The notes under the pieces were generated by a model that was not told where the DNA came from, did not search any database, and saw only the letters and a list, made by a program, of their open reading frames with translations. 64,000 nt of DNA from Oligoflexales bacterium (GTDB taxonomy: Bacteria > Bdellovibrionota_B > Oligoflexia > Oligoflexales > JAPPIL01), in NCBI GenBank assembly GCA_965215515.1, contig OZ244057.1:608001-672000 (forward strand). The letters are read 5' to 3'. Position 1 is the first letter of the stretch. Each line of letters begins with the position of its first letter. The position numbers and the translations under genes were made by a program. Shown in pieces: positions 48,770 to 58,180 of this stretch.

Positions 48770-51331
48770 CTAGGACAGCACGATCTCGGGAGCAGGCGGA
48801 CGCAAATTGTAGTGCGAAGCCATCACCGCCCCGTACGCACCCGCGTGTGCGATCAACAGCACATCCCCCTCCTGGCAAGCGGGCAAGCGACGAGCATGTC
48901 CGAAGTTATCTGCTGACTCACAGATCGGCCCTACTACCTCCACCGTTTCTTGTGCATCGTCTGCCGCGAGACGGGTAAGGTTGAAAATTTCGTGATAGGC
49001 ATCGTAAAGCGCGGGACGCAGTAACGAATTCATCCCTGTGTTGACACCGACGAAGTTTATCTGCGCCTTGTGCTTCAACTGTGTAACCTGTGCCAGCAAT
49101 ACCCCCGCGGCGGCGGTAAGATAACGCCCTGGTTCGATCCACAACTCATACCTCGCCGCGACATCTTGCAGGGAAGCATCGACCGCAGCAAAATCAAGCT
49201 CACGCTCCTGCGGGTGTTCTGGCACACCAAAACCGCCGCCGAGATTGAGGACTGTTACCTGTGCGAATTCCTCCGCCAGCTCTGCCAGCAACCGTGCCCG
49301 TCCTTGCCATTCGTAAGGCGCGAGGATTCCGCTGCCCGAATGAGCGTGCAGACCTCTGACGATAATACCATGCTGTCGCACCGCGGACGACATGCGTTCC
49401 CTGTCATGCGGGGCGATGCCGAACTTAGCCCCCACCCCACCTGTCATCACGTGCCGATGATGCCCCTTACTAAAACCAGGGTCAATTCGTAGCATTATCT
49501 CCCGCCCCGCAAACAGTTCTCCCCACCGTTCCAGCACGTAGAGGTTGTCGATCGTCACCATACAACCCCGCGCCAGCGCAAACTCGTACTCGTGCCGTGC
49601 GCAAAAATTAGGCGTGAACAACACCCTGTCCATCTTCAACCGCGGCAAAACCCGCACGATATGCTGTATTTCCTGCTGCGACACACATTCAAAATCGATC
49701 TGTTGCTCTGCCAAAAACTTCAGCAGCGCGGCGTGATGATTGGCTTTCACCGCGTAGAAGATCCGCTGGGCACAGTTCAGCGTGCGCAGTTTCTGCACCG
49801 CGGCATCCACCGCAGTCAGAGAATAAACATACAGCGCCGTATCGTGTTGCACCGCCAACTCCAGCAACTCGCCGCGCTGCCGCTGCCACCACGCGGGAGG
49901 GCGCGGCGGGAAAGCATCCGCACTGGTTTCTTGTAGTTGCAACCAACTGTCACCGAACACTTCCCCTGTCGTCTCCCCCCCAAACAACAGCTGATGTATC
50001 TTGTGCAGCAGACGCTCGCTCTGTTCTTGTGCGACGACGAAGGTTAAATTGAGATCGTTGGCCGACTGTGCGACGAGGTGCACCGTCTGCCGTTCGAAGA
50101 GAGCGAATAGGGGGCCGAGTGCGGGCAACATACTGCGGATATTTCTCCCGATCACGCTGAGGGTAGCGCAGTGCGCAATTTCGGTAACGGTGCAGAATTT
50201 TCGTAACGCCGCGAGCAGGGCAACCAGTTCTGGCTCACGTTCGGCGGTAATTTTGTCCAGCGAGACACTGACACTCGCCTCCGAAGTAGCGATAAGATCG
50301 ACCGAAAAGCGATGCTGCTTGAAACAGGTGAAAATGTCCGCCAGAAACCCCGCCTGCCGCCACATCTTCAAACTTGCCAGGTGCAGCAGCAGCACGTTGC
50401 TTTTTACCGTCACCGCCTTCACCCTACAGGTATCGGTGGTGGGGCGACTCACGACCCGAGTCCCTTGCACCTCAGGATTAGGCAACGAGCGCAGTTGCAA
50501 CTCAACTCCCGTCGCAACGAGCGGTGCGATCGCACGCGGGTGCAACACTTTTGCCCCCATCAACGCAATTTCCTGTGCTTCGGGGCCGCTGAGGGTCTTG
50601 ATTAACCTCGCCTGCGGAATACGACGCGGGTCGGTGGAGTAAAAACCTGGCACGTCGCTCCAAATTTCACAGCGCGTCGCCCCCAATCCTCCCGCCAACA
50701 GAGTGGCGGAAGTGTCAGACCCTCCGCGTCCCAGCAACACCGTCTCGCCTGCACGGTTGCGGGCGATAAAACCTTGCGTGATACACAGCGCGGCATGTGC
50801 AAGTTGTGCGCGTGCATCAGGTCGCGGGCTGAAACAACAATCGCTGTCGAGATAACTGTCGTCGCTGGCTAACAGCAGATCGGGGGCGTGTAACCAGACA
50901 ACCGCCAGTCCCTGCTGCCGTAAAAAACGGTGACCTAACCGCGACGCGATGATTTCTCCGCACGACATCGCCCGTGCCCACAAGGGCGGCGCAACGCGCT
51001 GGTGCGTGCCATGCAGCGACGCTAGCAGGGTGCGCAGGTGTTGCAGCTCCGCTTCGATGTCGGCGAGCTGTGTCACCCCTAGGTCTGTGGCCAAGTTGCG
51101 ATGTTGTGTACACAGACGCTCAAAACGTGTGTGTGGAAACTCCTGCCGCGCCGCACGCAGCAACCGCTCGATCGTGTTCGACACCTGCGACAAAGCCGAT
51201 ACCACCAGCACGATACGGTCAGCAGCGGCACGATGGCGCTGCACGACGGTGAGGATGCGCCGCCAGGAAGCCGCGTCGGCTACCGACGTACCGCCAAACT
51301 TCAACACCAAAGTCATGCGTGCTACTGACAT
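48770..51331 (-). CDS. lysAC: Bifunctional aspartate kinase / diaminopimelate decarboxylase (LysC-LysA fusion)
   Basis: KFGGTSV, LGRGGSDTSA, ACT domains; then FYAVKAN, KFGI, HAHSGSG, EPGRY, VGPICES, GAYG..MAS.YN. Confidence 0.93.
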   Translation of the reverse strand: MSVARMTLVLKFGGTSVADAASWRRILTVVQRHRAAADRIVLVVSALSQVSNTIERLLRAARQEFPHTRFERLCTQHRNLATDLGVTQLADIEAELQHLRTLLASLHGTHQRVAPPLWARAMSCGEIIASRLGHRFLRQQGLAVVWLHAPDLLLASDDSYLDSDCCFSPRPDARAQLAHAALCITQGFIARNRAGETVLLGRGGSDTSATLLAGGLGATRCEIWSDVPGFYSTDPRRIPQARLIKTLSGPEAQEIALMGAKVLHPRAIAPLVATGVELQLRSLPNPEVQGTRVVSRPTTDTCRVKAVTVKSNVLLLHLASLKMWRQAGFLADIFTCFKQHRFSVDLIATSEASVSVSLDKITAEREPELVALLAALRKFCTVTEIAHCATLSVIGRNIRSMLPALGPLFALFERQTVHLVAQSANDLNLTFVVAQEQSERLLHKIHQLLFGGETTGEVFGDSWLQLQETSADAFPPRPPAWWQRQRGELLELAVQHDTALYVYSLTAVDAAVQKLRTLNCAQRIFYAVKANHHAALLKFLAEQQIDFECVSQQEIQHIVRVLPRLKMDRVLFTPNFCARHEYEFALARGCMVTIDNLYVLERWGELFAGREIMLRIDPGFSKGHHRHVMTGGVGAKFGIAPHDRERMSSAVRQHGIIVRGLHAHSGSGILAPYEWQGRARLLAELAEEFAQVTVLNLGGGFGVPEHPQERELDFAAVDASLQDVAARYELWIEPGRYLTAAAGVLLAQVTQLKHKAQINFVGVNTGMNSLLRPALYDAYHEIFNLTRLAADDAQETVEVVGPICESADNFGHARRLPACQEGDVLLIAHAGAYGAVMASHYNLRPPAPEIVLS

Positions 51332-51348
51332 ACCCTGCGCGTCGCCCC

Positions 51349-51514
51349 GCTTGTTCGCTTGCTAGCTCCGCTAGGCTTGTTTGCCGCTTGCTAGCTCCGC
51401 TAGGCTTGTTTGCCGCTTGCTAGCTCCGCTAGGCTTGTTTGCCGCTTGCTAGCTCCGCTAGGCTTGTTTGCCGCTTGCTAGCTCCGCTAGGCTTGTTTGC
51501 CGCTTGCTAGCTCC
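51349..51514. repeat. Perfect tandem array of the 29-bp unit GCTAGCTCCGCTAGGCTTGTTTGCCGCTT
   Basis: Five identical full copies (51361-51505) plus partial copies on both sides; no spacers. Confidence 0.95.
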
Positions 51515-51578
51515 TTGCATATTTTACCCCGAAGACAAGCCTCTGCCTAGCGACAAAGGGCTTTTTCGGATAAATCTG

Positions 51579-51662
51579 GTTAGCTCTGTTATCCCGACAT
51601 TACCTCAGCGCGTTTGCACCCCTCGGCGGTGGCTGTCGGAGTTGCACCGACCTTTGGCAGGC
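51579..51662 (-). promoter_or_regulatory. Candidate structured leader RNA upstream of lysC-lysA
   Basis: Hairpin GTCGG-TGCAACT-CCGAC, then CGCCGAGGGGTGCAA...CGCTGAGG...ACAGAG; order resembles a glycine-aptamer layout but key bases differ. Confidence 0.3.
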
Positions 51663-51690
51663 AATAGCGACGGATATCGGCAAGGGTCAC

Positions 51691-52641
51691 TCAGCGCTCA
51701 CCGCGCGGCGTCTTAATCCTCCCCCACGTCGTGGCAACCTTCTCCGCACCGTCGGCCGCGAGCGCAGTGTTGCTGATTCTTACCAGTGCAGGCGGGGCGG
51801 CGACCGCGTAGGGCAGACCGTCGTCGTTGTAGCCGATGTGGAGGGCTACCAACGCGCCGCTTTCCTTCACGAAGATGGGGGAAGAAATACTGGAGGGCAT
51901 TTGGGGAACGACACAGCTGTGCATCGCAACTCCCTGCTTGACGAAAAAATTACCCGCGACACAGCTGCGCCGCATGGCAGGGTAGGCAAAGAAGCCGAGC
52001 TCGTTGTCGACAAGATCGGCACGATAGGTGAGCATTTCCAACTCGGTAAGCATCTTCATCGGCCAGAGCTCAACTTTGACTGGCTCGTACTCGCTCAGAT
52101 CAACATCAGCAACGCTCAGTACCAGCAGATCGAGAAAACTCCGCTCTGGATGCAGCAAGACTTTCTTCACCTCAATCGCAATTCCCTGCTCGATCAAACC
52201 ATCGTAGCCGACCAGTGAAACTTCCACCTCGTCGAGAATGTCGTGTGCCACCCCCTTGCCATCACGAACAACCGTGAAAGCACGCAACCCCGCCAACAGC
52301 GGCTCGTCATCCTCGTTCATACCGAGATACTCGACATGCATGACCCGCCACAGGTCTCCCGCGTCGAGTAGCAGATAAAAGGTAGACTTGAGATGGGAGG
52401 CAGAGCGGCTATTAACCCGTTGCCAATTCTCTTGCGCCACAACCGACGGCACAGGCGCAGACAACGATAGCGTCGCCGCCGCCAGCGCGGTAGCTAGAGC
52501 CTGCTTGCCACCCTGAGCGAACGTGGCCAGACCACCAGCCTCCGCTACCCGCTGCACGAGCTGAGGCAGCGAAGGGCGCGCAACACCCAACGCGACAGCC
52601 GATACGACGACCGACAGCAGCACGAAAACCCTGATCATCAC
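51691..52641 (-). CDS. Secreted protein, degenerate trypsin-like fold, C-terminal TTWGRIK tail
   Basis: GGAGG SD; signal peptide; HSC....SSISSPIF...G.LVALH.G resembles the GxSGSP region; ends EKVATTWGRIK. Confidence 0.6.
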   Translation of the reverse strand: MMIRVFVLLSVVVSAVALGVARPSLPQLVQRVAEAGGLATFAQGGKQALATALAAATLSLSAPVPSVVAQENWQRVNSRSASHLKSTFYLLLDAGDLWRVMHVEYLGMNEDDEPLLAGLRAFTVVRDGKGVAHDILDEVEVSLVGYDGLIEQGIAIEVKKVLLHPERSFLDLLVLSVADVDLSEYEPVKVELWPMKMLTELEMLTYRADLVDNELGFFAYPAMRRSCVAGNFFVKQGVAMHSCVVPQMPSSISSPIFVKESGALVALHIGYNDDGLPYAVAAPPALVRISNTALAADGAEKVATTWGRIKTPRGER

Positions 52642-52828
52642 CGCTCACCTCCCGATTAAAATTTATGGTTGCAGATCACGAGCGCGGTGCTACACCCAAT
52701 TTAGCCCCGCAGTCAAGGATCAATTTAGGCTCGGCAGAGATTGAGGCACGGCAAATAACTCTTCAGTTTCCGACGAGTGTCTGATAGCCTGGCATGGTGT
52801 TGGTACAACTGATCTGTGAGGCTATGCC

Positions 52829-53404
52829 ATGACTACCGTTACCGATGATGTGCTGCGACACTTTTCCGAACTCCGCCTACTGGAAGCACGGGCGATCTTT
52901 ATCTCCGAAGGTGTCGACGCGAGTGTCGCACAACGTGTCATCTCGAATTTGCTGGTTCTCGACGAACAAAGCAACGAGACCATCAGCGTTTACCTCAACA
53001 GCCCTGGAGGCGAGATCAACAGCGGGTTTGCCATCTTCGACACGCTGCGCTACGTTAACTCGCCTGTGAGAGTGATCAACACGGGGTTGTGTGCCAGTAT
53101 CGCGACGATCATCAATATCTCTGTGCCCAAAGAACAGCGTTACGCTCTACCTAATGCACGCTTCTTGATTCATCAACCACTGATCATGGGGCAGGTCGAA
53201 GGGCAAGCTTCCGATTTGGAAATCACCGCCAAAGAAATTCTCAAACTGCGGGAAAAGATCAACGAGCTACTCGCTGAAGCTTGCGGACAATCGATCGCAC
53301 GCATCGCTGAAGACACCGCCAGAGACTACTGGATGACGGCACGAGAAGCATTAGAGTACGGTCTCGTCAGCAAGATAGTTACACGCAAAGACGAGCTTGC
53401 ATGA
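52829..53404 (+). CDS. clpP: ATP-dependent Clp protease proteolytic subunit
   Basis: YLNSPGG, G.CAS (Ser), IHQP (His), RD.WM.A.EA.EYGLV (Asp). Confidence 0.92.
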   Translation: MTTVTDDVLRHFSELRLLEARAIFISEGVDASVAQRVISNLLVLDEQSNETISVYLNSPGGEINSGFAIFDTLRYVNSPVRVINTGLCASIATIINISVPKEQRYALPNARFLIHQPLIMGQVEGQASDLEITAKEILKLREKINELLAEACGQSIARIAEDTARDYWMTAREALEYGLVSKIVTRKDELA

Positions 53405-54756
53405 CCGCCCCGCACCTGAGTGTCAAGAGCGTGCTTGCCAGCACGATGATGGGGCAGCGTGTCGTCGTGCGCGGCTGGCTGCGGACACGACGTACCTCCA
53501 AAAACTTTTCCTTTCTCGTCGTCAACGACGGCTCGGCACAGGAAAGCTTGCAAATCATTGCCGACCGCAACACCCAAGGCTATGCACAAATCGAAGCTTT
53601 CGACACAGGGGTAGCGATGTGTGTCGAGGGCGAAATCAAAGCATCGCCAGGTCAACAGCGCGTTGAGGTGCTGGCCACCTCCCTAACCTTGCTCGGCGCA
53701 GCACCCGACTACCCCCTGCAAAAGAAAGGACATACGCTGGAGTTTTTGCGTGAACAGGCACACCTACGCGCCCGCACCAACACTTTCGGCGCGGTCCTGC
53801 GTCTCAGGGACAGCGCGGCACGAGCGACACATTCCTTTTTCCAGCGCGCGGGGTTCTACTGGCTACACGCACCGATCATTACGCCGAGCGATTGCGAAGG
53901 AGCGGGTGACCTGTTCTCCGTCACTGCGCCCGACACAGACGGCGAAGAGGGCCGACACTTCTTCGGCAAACCCGCCTATCTAGCAGTCAGCGGCCAACTG
54001 TACGCCGAAGCCGCGGCGTTGGCTCTAGGGAAGGTATACACCTTCGCCCCGACCTTTCGTGCCGAGAACTCCAACACCACCCGCCACCTCGCCGAATTCT
54101 GGATGATCGAACCCGAAGTCGCTTTCGCCGATCTCGACGACATCTGTGCGCTCGCGGCGGATTTCGTGCAGCAGGTCACGGCACAAGTACTGCGCGATAG
54201 CTCCGCCGAGCTGGAATTTTTACAACAACACTACCCCGTAAGCTTGCCCACCCTGGAAAAACTCAGCAACACTCCCAGTGCACGCATTACCTACACCGAA
54301 GCCATCGCCCTGCTGGACAAGGCAGGCAACGAAGGCCGACAGTTCGCCTATCCCCCCACCTGGGGAACGGGCTTGCAAACCGAACATGAAAAATATCTGG
54401 CAGGGGAAATCTTCGCAGGTGCGGTTATCATCACCGACTACCCCAAAGCGATCAAGCCATTCTATATGCGTAGCAACGACGATGACAAGACGGTCGCGGC
54501 AATGGACTTACTCTTGCCCGACATCGGTGAACTGATCGGCGGCAGCCAACGCGAGGAACGTCTTGACCTTATCACCGCCCGCTGTGCCGCACTGCAGGAG
54601 GACATGAGCTGGTATCTCGACTTGCGACGTTTCGGCTCCGCACCGCACGCGGGCTGGGGACTAGGTTTTGAACGCTTCGTGCAATATCTGACTGGCATGC
54701 AAAATATTCGCGACACGGTGTTCGCTCCCAGAACACCACAGTCGTTGTCCTTCTGA
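53401..54756 (+). CDS. asnS: Asparagine--tRNA ligase
   Basis: NDGS OB-fold, YPLQKK.HTLEFLR, SGQL, FRAENSNT.RHLAEFWMIEPE, IGGSQREER, GLGFER. Confidence 0.96.
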   Translation: MTAPHLSVKSVLASTMMGQRVVVRGWLRTRRTSKNFSFLVVNDGSAQESLQIIADRNTQGYAQIEAFDTGVAMCVEGEIKASPGQQRVEVLATSLTLLGAAPDYPLQKKGHTLEFLREQAHLRARTNTFGAVLRLRDSAARATHSFFQRAGFYWLHAPIITPSDCEGAGDLFSVTAPDTDGEEGRHFFGKPAYLAVSGQLYAEAAALALGKVYTFAPTFRAENSNTTRHLAEFWMIEPEVAFADLDDICALAADFVQQVTAQVLRDSSAELEFLQQHYPVSLPTLEKLSNTPSARITYTEAIALLDKAGNEGRQFAYPPTWGTGLQTEHEKYLAGEIFAGAVIITDYPKAIKPFYMRSNDDDKTVAAMDLLLPDIGELIGGSQREERLDLITARCAALQEDMSWYLDLRRFGSAPHAGWGLGFERFVQYLTGMQNIRDTVFAPRTPQSLSF

Positions 54757-54881
54757 CCCACGTACAGGTGTGTTTTTTGCCGCTTTCTTTCTCGTGTACT
54801 CAACGCATGTCATTGACTTTTCTGTACAGAGCGGAGAGAATGATCCACAGGCAATGACCGTCTCAGCAAGAGGCCCCAAGC

Positions 54882-56930
54882 ATGTCTGCCAACCCTTTAT
54901 TGCAAAACGCACCGTTCCCGCTTTTCGATGTGATAAAACCGAGCCACGTAGAAGAAGCGGTGACGCATCTAGCCGAGTTGGTGCAGAGTAAACTCCAGCA
55001 GATCGAAGCTAGCCCTGACGGTAGTTTTGACGATCTCTACCGCCATCTCGACACGATCGATGTGCACAAACAACGTATCTGGTCGCCCATCGCCCATCTG
55101 CAGATGGTGAACAATAGCACAGCACTGCGCACGGTTTTCCATAAGGTGTTGCCACAGGTGGTGAAGTTGGAGTTGCAGCTCAGTCAGAACGAAACAGTTT
55201 ATCGCAAGCTGCACAAACTGGCCAAGAGCAAGGATTTGACGGATGTGCAGCGACGCATCGTTGCTTTACGTTTGCAGCACATGGACTTGGAAGGTGTCGC
55301 GCTACGAGGCGAAGCCAAACAGCGCTTCACCGCCATCTCGCAAGAGTTGTCACAGCTGTCGGAACAGTTCGCCAACAACGACCTCGATGCCGTCAAGAAG
55401 TATCAACTGGTACTGGAGAAGCAAGAAGAAGTAGCTGGCTTGCCCCAGGGAACACGCCAGCTCGCAGCACAAGCCTACCATCAGGCTTACGAAAAAGAAG
55501 CGCATGCCGAGAGGGGGCCGTGGTTGATTACGTTGGAGCAGCCGAGTTTTGTTCCTTTCATGGAATACAGCGAGCGTCGAGATCTGCGTGAGAAACTCTA
55601 TCGGGCACAGATTGCTCGTGCTGCCCATGCACCACACGACAACACCGCGTTAATCGACAGGATTTTACGCTTGCGCAAAGAAGCAGCTGCTATTCTGCGT
55701 TTTCCCAATTTTGCGACGATGACTCTATCGACCAAGATGGCGGGGAACCCAGCCGCGGTGACGGAGTTACTCGACGAACTGGCGCATGTCTGCCACCCTA
55801 AGGGCAAAGAAGAACACGCCGCACTGGCGGCTTACGCCCAGGAACACGGCTGCGACGAGACAGTCAAGCAGTGGGATGTGGCCTACTGGGCACGACGCAT
55901 GAAAGAGGAACGTTTCGATCTCGACAAGGAGAAGCTGCGTCGTTATTTTCCGCTGCCGAAAGTGTTAGAAGGCATGTTTGCGCTGGCGTACAAGTTGTTT
56001 GGCATTACGGTGCAGCGTGATGACGGAGCGACCCCGCGCTGGCATGAGGATGTCTCCTTCTACAAAGTCTACGGCGAAGATAACAAGCAGATCGCCGCGT
56101 TTTTCCTCGACCCCTACAGTCGCCCCCAGAGCAAGATGGGTGGGGCATGGATGAACCGTGCCGTCAGTCGCCGCCGCTCAGCCGAGGGACTAGAGTTACC
56201 TGCTTGCTATATCGTCTGTAACTTCACTCCCCCCCTCGCAGACAAGCCTGCCATGCTCGATTTTTATGAGGTGATCACGCTTTTTCACGAGTTTGGACAT
56301 GGGTTGCACAACATGCTGACGACGATGGACTACGCCGCGGTCGCGGGGGGAAATGGCGTTGAGTGGGATGCGATCGAATTGCCCAGCCAGTTCATGGAAA
56401 ACTTCTGCTACCTGAAATCGGTCATCGAAGACATCTCGGCCCACGTCGACACTGGCGAGAGCCTGCCTGCCGCTATGCTAGCACAGCTGCAGAAAAGCAA
56501 AAACTTTCGTGTCGCCAGTGCCATGTTGCGGCAGTTAAGCTACAGTCGTGCCGACCTGCAGTTGCATGAAACCTTCGATCCTGCAGGCAAAGACGATCCA
56601 TTCGCCCTGATGCGACGGGTTTTGAGGGAGACGCAAATACTGCCACCTTTGGACGAAGACCGTTTTCTCTGTTCTTTCAGCCATATCTTTGCTGGTGGTT
56701 ATGCCGCGGGCTATTACAGCTACAAGTGGGCGGAGGTACTGAGTGCCGATGCCTTCGCCTTATTCAAGGAGCAGGGACTCGGCGAGGCACAGTTGCGCCG
56801 CAACGGCCGTCACTATCGAGACACTATCCTGGCTCCAGGCGGCAGTGCGCATCCCTCCGTACTGTTCAAACATTTCCGCGGTCGCCCACCCCGCACACAG
56901 GCGTTGCTAGAAGCCTGCGACTTGGCCTGA
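54882..56930 (+). CDS. prlC: Oligopeptidase A (M3 peptidase)
   Basis: NPLL, GGAWM, TLFHEFGHGLH, VEWDAIELPSQFMEN, FSHIFAGGYAAGYYSYKWAE. Confidence 0.95.
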   Translation: MSANPLLQNAPFPLFDVIKPSHVEEAVTHLAELVQSKLQQIEASPDGSFDDLYRHLDTIDVHKQRIWSPIAHLQMVNNSTALRTVFHKVLPQVVKLELQLSQNETVYRKLHKLAKSKDLTDVQRRIVALRLQHMDLEGVALRGEAKQRFTAISQELSQLSEQFANNDLDAVKKYQLVLEKQEEVAGLPQGTRQLAAQAYHQAYEKEAHAERGPWLITLEQPSFVPFMEYSERRDLREKLYRAQIARAAHAPHDNTALIDRILRLRKEAAAILRFPNFATMTLSTKMAGNPAAVTELLDELAHVCHPKGKEEHAALAAYAQEHGCDETVKQWDVAYWARRMKEERFDLDKEKLRRYFPLPKVLEGMFALAYKLFGITVQRDDGATPRWHEDVSFYKVYGEDNKQIAAFFLDPYSRPQSKMGGAWMNRAVSRRRSAEGLELPACYIVCNFTPPLADKPAMLDFYEVITLFHEFGHGLHNMLTTMDYAAVAGGNGVEWDAIELPSQFMENFCYLKSVIEDISAHVDTGESLPAAMLAQLQKSKNFRVASAMLRQLSYSRADLQLHETFDPAGKDDPFALMRRVLRETQILPPLDEDRFLCSFSHIFAGGYAAGYYSYKWAEVLSADAFALFKEQGLGEAQLRRNGRHYRDTILAPGGSAHPSVLFKHFRGRPPRTQALLEACDLA

Positions 56931-56973
56931 GCAGCCACTGCCGCTAACAGAACAGCCCCCACAATGCTTGCAA

Positions 56974-58026
56974 CTATTTGAACGCATCGATAGCATTGAG
57001 GTCAGCGAGATCTTTGTCTTTCATGGGGAGGGGGATACCGATCGGCGCATCGACTTCAAAAACATACATCTGCTTCGTCGGGGCGGACGCGACCATCTGC
57101 GTGACATATGCCTCCTTGTCCAGGTTCTTGACCTGCAGCTTCTGTTGCCGTTTGAGAGCATCCTGTACCGCGGGGGCGAAGGTGTCGTTGTTGAGCAATA
57201 TGCGCTTCTCCGTAATAAATACACCCGCGGCAATCATCTTTCCCTCCAGTAAGATAATGCCCAGCGAGGGCTTGACCTCTTCATTGATGAGGGTGTCCTG
57301 CACTATACCTGGCATGGCATCGATAAGTTGATCCACACTCTTGACCTCTTCAATGTTAGGCGACACCGTAAGGTATCTCACGCCTGGTATTTTGTCGATG
57401 CCAGGAACTTTCACAGCGGCGGGCAATAAATTGATCAGCAATATCAGCATGTAAGGAGGATAACAGATAATGGAAAGAGGTAACGGAGCAGGATTAGCGG
57501 GGTACCCGAACTGGTTCTGCAGCATTTCCCCTTTCTTGAAGGCGAGACAGAGAGCGGAAATGAAGTTTATGACAGGAATGAGACTAGTGAGGGCCCAGTA
57601 ACCGCTGAACCCAAAGTCATGGAAACGTTTCGCCTGGACAGCGAAAAAACTCCAGATCATCGCAGCAAGATAAACGAGGATGGCTATGAGTTTGATAAAC
57701 CCAGGCAAAAGTTTACATATCGGCCAAAGGGCAAAGACCCCAAAAGAATAAAAGATCATAATACCAAGTATGCCCACGACAAACTGCGACCTAGAAACAC
57801 GTCCATTGAAGCTGAATAAAAACTCTTGTATTCCCAGTGAATCAACAGGCGTCCCGCTCTGTGGTGGTGCGCTGCGACCGCCTTTGGCGTTGGACATTCT
57901 GCGCGGTGCGGGATCTAAACGCTGCTTGCCACGAGAAGGGTCCCTCACCCCTACGGGATGGAACTGCCCCGTCCCACGAGGAGGCTCACCCCTGTCGCCG
58001 TTACCATTATCCCCGCGGTAGACCAT
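56974..58026 (-). CDS. DUF805-domain membrane protein with extended termini
   Basis: FSFNGRVSR, KRFHD.G.SG, N.FG.P; GAGGAG SD. Confidence 0.8.
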   Translation of the reverse strand: MVYRGDNGNGDRGEPPRGTGQFHPVGVRDPSRGKQRLDPAPRRMSNAKGGRSAPPQSGTPVDSLGIQEFLFSFNGRVSRSQFVVGILGIMIFYSFGVFALWPICKLLPGFIKLIAILVYLAAMIWSFFAVQAKRFHDFGFSGYWALTSLIPVINFISALCLAFKKGEMLQNQFGYPANPAPLPLSIICYPPYMLILLINLLPAAVKVPGIDKIPGVRYLTVSPNIEEVKSVDQLIDAMPGIVQDTLINEEVKPSLGIILLEGKMIAAGVFITEKRILLNNDTFAPAVQDALKRQQKLQVKNLDKEAYVTQMVASAPTKQMYVFEVDAPIGIPLPMKDKDLADLNAIDAFK

Positions 58027-58180
58027 CGTCTCCTCAACCGATACGCACACACCCCAGTTATCGGAAATCTCCGCCAGGGAGTGTAGTGTTTCCGCAAAAA
58101 AACGTAAATATTAAACAGTTACTGCTACCTACCAAGCTGTTTGGGTCGCGTCGCGCCACCCAAACAGGATCGGCAAAAAA

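Noticed and set aside
51349..51514. CRISPR array
   Set aside because: The 29-bp units are directly adjacent with no unique spacers, and no cas genes are in the window.
51579..51662. Canonical lysine, TPP or FMN riboswitch
   Set aside because: Only fragments match (GGGGTGC..GCTGAG; GGTGCAACTCC); the remaining conserved cores are absent. Kept only as an unclassified candidate.
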